A DNA stretch of 64,000 nucleotides from Candidatus Xenobium occultum (GTDB lineage: Bacteria > Vulcanimicrobiota > Xenobia > Xenobiales > Xenobiaceae): positions 61,131 to 125,130 of the forward strand of contig DIWH01000017.1 of assembly GCA_002423485.1 (NCBI GenBank). Reading direction: 5' to 3'. This document shows positions 1 through 6,981 of this stretch, piece after piece. How positions within the stretch are numbered: the stretch's first letter is position 1; every line of letters starts with the position of its first letter. The translations under genes and the position numbers were made by a program. Below the pieces are notes generated by a model. It worked only from the letters and a program-made list of their open reading frames with translations. It was not told the DNA's origin and made no database searches.

Positions 1-304
1 CCAGGGCCGCCAGGGCGGCGGCGTCCCGCAGGTCCACCCGGCGATACGCGATTCCTGCGGGTCCCCACTGCCGGGCTTGATGCAGCATCGCTTCGCTTCC
101 GTCCACGCCCAGGACCCGGGCCCCCAGCGCGTGCAGGCGGCGGGCCAGCACGCCGGTGCCGCAGGCGGCGTCCAGGACCCGCTGGCCGGGCCGAAGCTCG
201 AGCAATCGCTCGGTGGCCGGCCCCACCAGCGTGCGGTGGAAGAGATTCCCCTCTTCGCCCATCAACTCATCCCAGAATTCCGCCTTGGCATCCCATGCAT
301 CCAT
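1..304 (-). CDS. class I SAM-dependent methyltransferase, N-terminal part (gene continues beyond window start)
   Basis: Not in ORF track because it runs off the edge. Hand translation from ATG at 304-302: MDAWDAKAEFWDELMGEEGNLFHRTLVGPATERLLELRPGQRVLDAACGTGVLARRLHALGARVLGVDGSEAMLHQAR. VLDAACGTG is SAM motif I; VLGVDGSE is the acidic loop. Confidence 0.75.
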   Translation of the reverse strand, partial: MDAWDAKAEFWDELMGEEGNLFHRTLVGPATERLLELRPGQRVLDAACGTGVLARRLHALGARVLGVDGSEAMLHQARQWGPAGIAYRRVDLRDAAALAAL

Positions 305-457
305 GCTGGCGCGTTCGGAGCCCCTCTGCCCGGCTCCTCCGCCGCTGCAGAGCGGTCACCCTGGCGGGCGCTGCCGGCAAGCCGCACTCCGATTTGCCAG
401 GGGCCGAGGACGATCTGGAGAAGCAGCGCTCGTCCAGGGGGCGGGGAAGGAGGGACC

Positions 458-982
458 ATGTTCTTGGGATTCGCGATTCGGCTTCGGGTCTGCTGGAGTC
501 TTCTTCTGGGGGTGGGCCTGCTGACCGTGATGGCCGCTCCGCTGCTCGCTCACGCCGCATCCGGGGCGACCTTCGAGGCTCAGGTCATCGGGGTCGCCGA
601 TGGCGACAGCCTGAAGGTCCTGCTCGGCCGGGAGTCGATCCGGATCCGCCTGGAAGGGATCGACTGCCCTGAGATGCGCCCCCCCCAGCCCTATTGCCGC
701 AAGGCCAAGGCCTTCACTTCAAAGAAGGCCTTCAACAGGAACGTCCGGGTCCGGGTGGTCACCACCGACAAGTATGGCCGCAAGGTCTGCCGGGTGGAGG
801 TGGACGGCCAGGACCTGAGTGTCGAGCTGTTGCGGGCCGGCCTGGCCTGGCACTACGAAGACTTCAACCAGGAGCCGGCCCTGGCCAGTCTCCAAGCCGA
901 GGCGCGAGCCCGGAAGCGCGGGCTCTGGGCCGACCCCAACCCCATCCCGCCCTGGGAGTGGAGGCGCCTCCCGCGATCCTGA
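458..982 (+). CDS. secreted thermonuclease (staphylococcal nuclease, SNase-like) family protein
   Basis: Inner ATG of ORF 77..982, preceded by GGAAGGAGGGA. Signal-like N-terminus MFLGFAIRLRVCWSLLLGVGLLTVMAAPLLAHA. SNase-like VIGVADGDSLKV...IRLEGIDCPE...DKYGR...ELLRAGLAW. Confidence 0.8.
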   Translation: MFLGFAIRLRVCWSLLLGVGLLTVMAAPLLAHAASGATFEAQVIGVADGDSLKVLLGRESIRIRLEGIDCPEMRPPQPYCRKAKAFTSKKAFNRNVRVRVVTTDKYGRKVCRVEVDGQDLSVELLRAGLAWHYEDFNQEPALASLQAEARARKRGLWADPNPIPPWEWRRLPRS

Positions 983-1011
983 AGAGCCGCCCCCCTGAAG
1001 AAAGGCACGAC

Positions 1012-2079
1012 ATGGCACTGGCACTTCTGAAGCATCATCCGGGATGCTCGGTCTTCCCCTACATCGCACTGGGCACGCTGCCAACGCCGCTGGAGGACTT
1101 CGAGATTCCGGAGTTGGGCACCCTGCTCGTCAAGCGCGACGACCTGACCAGCCCGGTCTACGGCGGCAACAAGGTTCGCAAGCTCGAGTTCCTGCTGGGG
1201 CAGGCATGCGCCGAGAAGCGCCGCGCGGTCCTGACCTTCGGCGCCTACGGTTCCAACCACGCGCTGGCCACGGCGGTCCACGCGACCGCCCTCGGCATCG
1301 AGCCCCACGTGGTGCTCTCTCCGCAGGCCCCGGGGCCTTTTGCCGCGGCCACGCTGCGCGCTCACGCCGGGCTCGGCACGGTGATCCACCTGGTGGAAGG
1401 CTGGGAAGGTGCGCGCGAAGCCCAGCGAGTCCGCGGGGAACTCGAGCACAGGGATGGCATCGGGCCGCTGGAGATCCCCATGGGCGGCACCAATGCCCTG
1501 GGGGCCCTGGGCTACGTCAGCGCCGCCCTGGAACTCGTCGACCAGGTCGGCTCCCGGATTCCCGACCGGATCTACCTGGCCGGTGGCACCCTGGGAACCG
1601 CGGTGGGGCTCGCGGTGGGGTTCGCGGCAGCGCGAGCGAGGGTCCGCGTGGTCTCGGTGCGGGTGACGCCGGACAACGTGGCCTCGGCTGCGAGGGCCCG
1701 AACCCTGGCAACCGAGACCATCGCCCTGCTGCGCGAGGCCGACCCGGCGTTCCCCGCGCTCACTCCGGAGGACCTCTCGCTCGACCTGCGCCAGGATTGG
1801 TTCGAGCCTGGTTACGGGGTCGTCACGCCTGAGACAAGCGCGGCGGTGGCCCGTCTGGCCGCCCTGGGCCTGAAGATCGAGACCACCTACACCGGCAAGG
1901 CGGTGGCGGCCATGCTCTCCGACGCCGCCTCCGGAGCGCTGGCCGGCCAATCGGTGCTCTTCTGGAACACCTACAGCTCCGCGCCGATGCCCGCGCCCGG
2001 GCCGGTCGAAGTGCTGCCCGGGTTGCTGCGTGAGTACCTGGACCAGTGCAACCGGCTCTTCGGTGAAGCCCACGCTTGA
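1012..2079 (+). CDS. PLP-dependent 1-aminocyclopropane-1-carboxylate deaminase / D-cysteine desulfhydrase family protein
   Basis: Inner ATG of ORF 694..2079. KRDDLTSPVYGGNKVRKLEFLL (PLP-lysine motif of the family), TFGAYGSNHALATA, PMGGTNALGALGY. Confidence 0.8.
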   Translation: MALALLKHHPGCSVFPYIALGTLPTPLEDFEIPELGTLLVKRDDLTSPVYGGNKVRKLEFLLGQACAEKRRAVLTFGAYGSNHALATAVHATALGIEPHVVLSPQAPGPFAAATLRAHAGLGTVIHLVEGWEGAREAQRVRGELEHRDGIGPLEIPMGGTNALGALGYVSAALELVDQVGSRIPDRIYLAGGTLGTAVGLAVGFAAARARVRVVSVRVTPDNVASAARARTLATETIALLREADPAFPALTPEDLSLDLRQDWFEPGYGVVTPETSAAVARLAALGLKIETTYTGKAVAAMLSDAASGALAGQSVLFWNTYSSAPMPAPGPVEVLPGLLREYLDQCNRLFGEAHA

Positions 2080-2082
2080 AGG

Positions 2083-2175
2083 TCTCGCCTGGGGCCGCCG
2101 CCCCTCCGCCCGGCTTCTCGGGAAACCCCTGGGAAACATGAAGGAAACCGGGCGCCTGCAGAGCGGAGCCGAGCG
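2083..2175. repeat. intergenic repeat R2, copy X (~93 nt; about 7 differences versus 3273-3365 by hand alignment)
   Basis: tctcgcctggggccgccgcccctccgcccggcttctcgggaaacccctgggaaacatgaaggaaaccgggcgcctgcagagcggagccgagc. Contains GGGAAAC at 2120-2126 and 2131-2137 (11-nt register) and the inverted pair CGCCCGG/CCGGGCG (2107-2113 / 2148-2154). Confidence 0.8.
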
Positions 2176-2245
2176 CGCGAGCCACGGGCGGCCGGCCGGA
2201 CAGAATCGATGGCTCCAGACCAACCCCATCCGGCCCTGGGAGTAG
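2168..2245 (+). pseudogene. remnant copy of the 3' end of the thermonuclease gene (similarity continues past the stop to ~2277)
   Basis: Encodes AERASHGRPAGQNRWLQTNPIRPWE* versus the intact gene end AEARARKRGLWADPNPIPPWEWRRLPRS*. Post-stop DNA cctcccgcgatcctgaagagccgccccc is shared with 968-995. Confidence 0.6.
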
Positions 2246-2306
2246 GCCCCTCCCGCGATCCTGAAGAGCCGCCCCCGGACCCGAGGTTTCCATGATTCTT
2301 GTTCCG

Positions 2307-3026
2307 CTACTTGAACTCGCTCAGGTCCTGGAAGAGCAGCAGGGCCGAGGCGGCACAGGCCAGGACCTCGCGGGTCTCGGCGGACTCGGAGGGCATCAGG
2401 AAGACCCGGCCGTCGTTGAGCACGTCCACGGCGCCCAGCAGGGCGTCGTCCCTTTGGAAGAAGTAGCCCGAAGCCGCACCCAGGGGAAGACTGGTGTCGG
2501 CCAACTGGTTGGTCCCCTCGACCCGCAGGGTGGTCTGGTCGTCACTGAGGAATCCCTTCATCACCGGCTCTCCGGTGGCTCGGGTCAGAATCATCCTCCA
2601 GGTCCTGGACTGGGGCCCCGTGAAGGTTGCCACGAAGGTGGTGTCCGAGGCGAGTTGCGTCTTCACCGCGGAGCGTTCGCCCACCATGCCGCGTATGGTC
2701 TGTTCGTCCAGGCCCGTGGCGCAGTGGCAGATTCGCTCCGAACCCCCCGACAGACGGAATTCGAAGCGTTGTTGGGCCTGGGCGTCCCGATACCCGAAGA
2801 CCCCCCAGGCCGTGCGCTCGGTCCAGTCCCGGTGGATCCCGGTGACGCTGTAGGGACCGAAGCGGAAGTCCTGATCGAAGGCTCCGCGGCCCTGGACGGG
2901 CATGCTTTCAGCCTGTTCCCGCAGGATCTGGCCGGCCTCCATCCGGGCCGGTTTGCAGCCGGACAGGAACAGGCCCACCAGGGCGACTGCCAGCCCGATC
3001 CAGATGGTCTGGTCACGATGTCGCAT
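2307..3026 (-). CDS. lipoprotein of unknown function
   Basis: Track ORF. N-terminus MRHRDQTIWIGLAVALVGLFLSGC has a lipobox (LSGC). Coding-like amino-acid composition. Confidence 0.7.
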   Translation of the reverse strand: MRHRDQTIWIGLAVALVGLFLSGCKPARMEAGQILREQAESMPVQGRGAFDQDFRFGPYSVTGIHRDWTERTAWGVFGYRDAQAQQRFEFRLSGGSERICHCATGLDEQTIRGMVGERSAVKTQLASDTTFVATFTGPQSRTWRMILTRATGEPVMKGFLSDDQTTLRVEGTNQLADTSLPLGAASGYFFQRDDALLGAVDVLNDGRVFLMPSESAETREVLACAASALLLFQDLSEFK

Positions 3027-3272
3027 GATCGTTCCCTCCCGTCTCTTCGCCCCCGACGATCCGGGCCTCTCTCGGCGACAACTCCCCCGGCTCGCCCCGT
3101 CCCCGAAGGTTTCGAGGTCGTCCGCCTTCCATTCCTCCAGGCTCTGTCCTGAGGGGTCTTGCCGGCTGGCGGATCAGGTGGACCTGGATTGCCTGCCGGT
3201 GCAGGAGATCCTCGCCCGCCTCCCTGGCGACGCCGTAGCACCCTGGCACCCGACGGGCCGGGGTCTTGGACG

Positions 3273-3365
3273 TCTGGCCTGGGGCCGCCACCCCTCCGCC
3301 CGGCTTCTCGGGAAACTCCTGGGAAATATGCAGGAAACCGGGCGCCTGGACAGCGGAGCCGAGCA
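3273..3365. repeat. intergenic repeat R2, copy Y, ~80-170 nt upstream of the Kelch gene start
   Basis: tctggcctggggccgccacccctccgcccggcttctcgggaaactcctgggaaatatgcaggaaaccgggcgcctggacagcggagccgagc. GGGAAAC at 3310-3316 and GGGAAAT at 3321-3327. Confidence 0.8.
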
Positions 3366-3442
3366 AGATCCTTCAGCTCCGCGCCGCCCGCCCTCCTGGG
3401 GCCAGGGCAGGAGGCCGGAGTGGCCAGGGGAATCCTTCTGGC

Positions 3443-5233
3443 ATGAGGAGATTTCGGGTATTCCTGGCGGCGCTCTTCCTCCTTCTGGCCGCTCCGGCCC
3501 TGGCCGAGGTGGACTTCCGCTGGGACGCTCTGCCCCAGTTGCCGGCTGCTCGGAGCAACGGGGCCCTGGTGGCCCTGGACGGCAACCTGTACTTCCTGGG
3601 AGGGAATGGGGCCGAGGGCCCGAGCGCCGCCTGCTGGCGCCTGCAGCCTGGCGGCGCGTGGAGCGCCATCGCGGACCTGCCCGTTCCCCGCTCGACGCAC
3701 GGGGCCGCGGTGGCGGGCGGGCGGATCTTCGTGGTGGGGGGCCTGGGCAGAGACGGCCAGCCCCTGGACCGGGTCGACCTCTACGACCCCGCGACGGGTC
3801 GATGGCGCTCTGGCCCTCCTCTGACGCGGCCCCGTTCCCGCCTGGCGCTCGCCTCGCTCCAGGGAGTCCTGGTGGCCGCCGGGGGAGCCGAGCCGGGAGT
3901 CCCCGCCTCCAGTCGCGTCGAGATCCTGGAGCCCGGCGCCGCCTCCTGGAGGAGGGGACCTTCGCTGCCGCTGGGCCTGAATCGGCTGGGCGTCGCCGCC
4001 CTGGGCCAGACCCTCGTCGTGGCGGGCGGAGAGACCCGCCAGGGGGAGGCCAGCGCCAGGGTCTTCCGCCTGCAGTTCGCCTCGCCGAGCGAGGGCCGAC
4101 CCCCGTCTTGGTCGGCCTGTTGGCAGGAGGCCCCTCCCTTGCGTCAGGCGCGCAAGAACTTCGCGATGGCCACCCTGGGCCGGCGGATCGTGGTGGCGGG
4201 GGGATGGGTGCGGCCCGGAGTCTTCCTGGCCTCGGCTGAAGAGGGCGATGGGCTGGGCGATTGGAGCGAGCTTGCTCCCTTGTCCGAGGCCCGGGATGGT
4301 CTGCGCGCGGCCTGCCTGGAGGGCCGGATCCTCCTGGCTGGAGGCCATGGCCGGGTTCCCCGATCCGAGGTCGACCAGGGCGCCTGGAACACATTGAACA
4401 GCGCCTGGCGGGTGGACCGTCGGCTCGGCTTCCAACTGGCCTGGCACGACGAGCGGCAGCGGTCGGGAACTCCAGCCAGGGCACTCCTCTCAGCGCCCTG
4501 GAAGGCCGACATCACCAATATCGCCCTCAGCGGCCTGCAGGATCTGGGCTTCCCGATCCGCCAGGCCGCCCCGGAGGGCCTGAACTTCTACCTGAAGTTC
4601 TTCGAATGTCCCGCAGGCGTCGACCCCCTGGTCTCGGCCCGACGCGCCCTTTCTCCGTTGCTGGTGCCTCAGATGGCCGGTTTCTCCCAGATTCAGGAGG
4701 TCCTGGCCCGGCCTGGGGGCGTCGTGATCAAGAAGGGGGTGGTGGCCCCGGCGGGGGATCCCTTCTCGCCGGAGCATCCCTTCCCGCCGTGTCTCGTGCC
4801 GACCGGAGCTGCGGGCCAGGAGGAGTTCGATCTCCGGACCCCCTTCACGTCCCTGTACGTGCAGGGCGACGGGTCCTCGCCGCGGACCCTGGCGGGCACT
4901 CCGGCGGAGGGGAGCGCCGACGGCGTGCTGGCCTTCCACGCGGAACTTCTGGAGCTGCTGGCGGCCACCTGGGCCGAGGTGGAAGGGCCAGACCCCTCGC
5001 GCTTTCGCACCTTCCAGGACCGGAGCCAGCCCGGGCGCACGGTGCTGGTCCGGGTTCCGCTCGCCCCGCTGGTCTTCCAGGATTTTCGATCCCTGCCGAT
5101 GCCCGAGGATCCCGAGCGGGTCTTCCTGACCGGGCTCCTGCTGGTCTACCGGGACGTCTACGCCGGTGAGCCCGGGGTCACCACGCTTCTGGATTCTCGG
5201 GCCCTGGAGGTCGGCTCGGTGGTCCGCCTCTGA
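3443..5233 (+). CDS. secreted Kelch-repeat beta-propeller protein with ~230-aa C-terminal domain of unknown function
   Basis: Inner ATG of ORF 3266..5233. Signal peptide MRRFRVFLAALFLLLAAPALA. Six blades marked by LDGNLYFLGG, AGGRIFVVGG, LQGVLVAAGG, LGQTLVVAGG, LGRRIVVAGG, LEGRILLAGG. Confidence 0.8.
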   Translation: MRRFRVFLAALFLLLAAPALAEVDFRWDALPQLPAARSNGALVALDGNLYFLGGNGAEGPSAACWRLQPGGAWSAIADLPVPRSTHGAAVAGGRIFVVGGLGRDGQPLDRVDLYDPATGRWRSGPPLTRPRSRLALASLQGVLVAAGGAEPGVPASSRVEILEPGAASWRRGPSLPLGLNRLGVAALGQTLVVAGGETRQGEASARVFRLQFASPSEGRPPSWSACWQEAPPLRQARKNFAMATLGRRIVVAGGWVRPGVFLASAEEGDGLGDWSELAPLSEARDGLRAACLEGRILLAGGHGRVPRSEVDQGAWNTLNSAWRVDRRLGFQLAWHDERQRSGTPARALLSAPWKADITNIALSGLQDLGFPIRQAAPEGLNFYLKFFECPAGVDPLVSARRALSPLLVPQMAGFSQIQEVLARPGGVVIKKGVVAPAGDPFSPEHPFPPCLVPTGAAGQEEFDLRTPFTSLYVQGDGSSPRTLAGTPAEGSADGVLAFHAELLELLAATWAEVEGPDPSRFRTFQDRSQPGRTVLVRVPLAPLVFQDFRSLPMPEDPERVFLTGLLLVYRDVYAGEPGVTTLLDSRALEVGSVVRL

Positions 5234-5374
5234 GGGGTGCTCCCCACCCTCGAGATCGGCCTCCTGGCGGCTGGCTGACCTCAGGGAGGCGCGGCGCCAG
5301 GCCCTGGTGATTGGTGAGCCGGGTCACCGCGAGCCGCCCAAAATCGCGTCAGAATGCTCTCCAGGAGGTACCCG

Positions 5375-5893
5375 ATGACTTCATCCAGCGGTCCCGACGG
5401 CAGGCCCCTGGGGCGCGACCTGGCCCGGGAGGCCAGCGACGTGCTCAACTACAACCAGCAACTGGTCCAGTTCGCCGACTCCAAGGCGGGCACGCTGATC
5501 CTGATCAACAGCCTCTTCGTGGCCTCCATGGGAGCCGGCTCGGTTTCCGCTTCCGGGCCCCTGGTGGAGATGGTCCGGGGCTTGACCGTCCTGGCCTCGG
5601 CGGCGGCGGTGGTGTTGTGCCTGGTGGTGGTGATGAGTCGCCAGGAGATGCCGGCCCAGGCCCGGGCGGACCTTCTCTTCTTCGCCGACATCCTCAAGCG
5701 TCCCAACGCCTCGCACTACGCCTCGGAGTTCGTGCGCACGCCGGTCGAGGTCCAGGTGGACGACATGCTGCATCGGACCTACGTCCTGGCCCGGATCGCC
5801 CAGCGCAAGTTCCACACCTACGGCCAGGCCCAGACGGTCACCGCCTTCTCGGGGACCCTGTGGCTCCTGGTGCACCTGGCGGGAATCTTCTAG
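5375..5893 (+). CDS. membrane protein resembling the DUF5706 / Pycsar-effector transmembrane domain family (family name from memory)
   Basis: Second ATG of ORF 5354..5893, preceded by AGGAGG (ccaggaggtacccgATG). Motifs QLVQFADSKAGTLILINSL, LLFFADIL, and DDMLHRTYVLARIAQRKFHTY followed by a C-terminal TM segment. Confidence 0.6.
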   Translation: MTSSSGPDGRPLGRDLAREASDVLNYNQQLVQFADSKAGTLILINSLFVASMGAGSVSASGPLVEMVRGLTVLASAAAVVLCLVVVMSRQEMPAQARADLLFFADILKRPNASHYASEFVRTPVEVQVDDMLHRTYVLARIAQRKFHTYGQAQTVTAFSGTLWLLVHLAGIF

Positions 5894-6465
5894 GAGAGGC
5901 GCCCTCGCAGGGCCGCCGTCAAGCCCGAGCCCGTGATGGGGATGGCCACGGCCGCTCCTGCGGCCAGGAGGGCCCGCACGACCAGGAACATCGGGGGGGC
6001 CTCCAGGCCACGCTGCCCCAGGAGCGCGGCAAGCTGCCCGAAGGCCAGGACCACCAGGGCGGCCAGGAGCCAGCGAAGCCACCAGGGGGCGTCGCTGAGT
6101 TCCTCGACCAGGTGGGGGCCCAGGAGCGGGCCGGGACGGGCCCTTTGCCAGGCCAGCAGGGCCACCAGGGTCTGGGCGGCCAGAGCCGGCAGGAGCAGCG
6201 CGGTGGTCTTGAAGGGGAAGTCCAGCCAGGTCTGGACCAGCAGCCCGGAGAGAAGGACCAGGAGCAGGCTGAAGACCGGAAGGGGCCAGAGCCTCCTGGC
6301 GGGTGGGCGAGGCGCCTCCACCAGGCTGCTCACGTCCACCACCTTGTCCACCTTGAGCTGGCGGAGATTCATCTCGGCATAGAAATCGTACAGGGACGCG
6401 GCCTCGACCGTGCCCTCTTCGAATTTGCCGTCCCAGGCCCGAGCCTTGAAGCGGAAGTGCGGCAT
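5890..6465 (-). CDS. membrane protein with GspF/PilC-like N-terminal segment
   Basis: Track ORF. MPHFRFKARAWDGKFEEGTVEAASLYDFYAEMNLRQLKV resembles the N-terminus of T2SS/T4P platform proteins, followed by ~4 hydrophobic helices. Lies directly downstream of bcp on the same strand. Confidence 0.6.
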   Translation of the reverse strand: MPHFRFKARAWDGKFEEGTVEAASLYDFYAEMNLRQLKVDKVVDVSSLVEAPRPPARRLWPLPVFSLLLVLLSGLLVQTWLDFPFKTTALLLPALAAQTLVALLAWQRARPGPLLGPHLVEELSDAPWWLRWLLAALVVLAFGQLAALLGQRGLEAPPMFLVVRALLAAGAAVAIPITGSGLTAALRGRLS

Positions 6466-6480
6466 CCCCTGACCCCTGGC

Positions 6481-6981
6481 TCAGGGTGCCGGCGGGTCCT
6501 GGGAGACCTGACCCAGGCGCGCCAGCTCGGCCAACACCTCCTGGGCGTGGCCGTCCACCTTCACCTTCCTCCAGACCCTGGCGACCCGGCCCGCAGGGTC
6601 CACCAGGAAGGTGGATCTCTCGATGCCCATCTTCTTGACCCCGAAGGCGCTCTTCTCGCGCCACGCCCCATAGAGTCCGGCCACGGTGTGGTCGGGATCG
6701 GCCAGCAGCCGGAAGTTCAGGTCGTGCTGGTCGCGGAAGCGGGCGTGGCTGCCCACCCCGTCCGGGCTGATGCCCAGCACGACCGCGCCGGCGGCCTCGA
6801 GCTCCGGGCGCGCGTCGCGAAACCCGGCGGCCTGGCGGGTGCACCCCGGGGTGTTGTCCCGGGGATAGAAGTACAGGACCACCGCCTGGCCAGACATGTC
6901 GGCGAGGCGGATCCGGGTCCCGTCGTCGGCGGGCAGGGTGAAGTCCGGAGCCCTGTCGCCTTCTTCGACCAGGTTGCTCAT
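6481..6981 (-). CDS. bcp: thioredoxin-dependent thiol peroxidase (peroxiredoxin Bcp)
   Basis: Inner ATG of ORF 6481..7062. GDRAPDFTLPADDG, VVLYFYPRDNTPGCTRQ (peroxidatic Cys motif), ERSTFLVDPAGRV. Confidence 0.9.
   Translation of the reverse strand: MSNLVEEGDRAPDFTLPADDGTRIRLADMSGQAVVLYFYPRDNTPGCTRQAAGFRDARPELEAAGAVVLGISPDGVGSHARFRDQHDLNFRLLADPDHTVAGLYGAWREKSAFGVKKMGIERSTFLVDPAGRVARVWRKVKVDGHAQEVLAELARLGQVSQDPPAP

Noticed and set aside
77-457. N-terminal extensions of track ORFs (77..982, 694..2079, 3266..5233, 25455..27011, 29825..31723, 34575..36764, 49481..51529, 53319..54377 and others)
   Set aside because: The extended parts are Arg/Pro/Gly-rich, overlap upstream genes or intergenic repeats, and lack an SD. 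Internal starts have SD sequences and signal peptides and match family N-termini.
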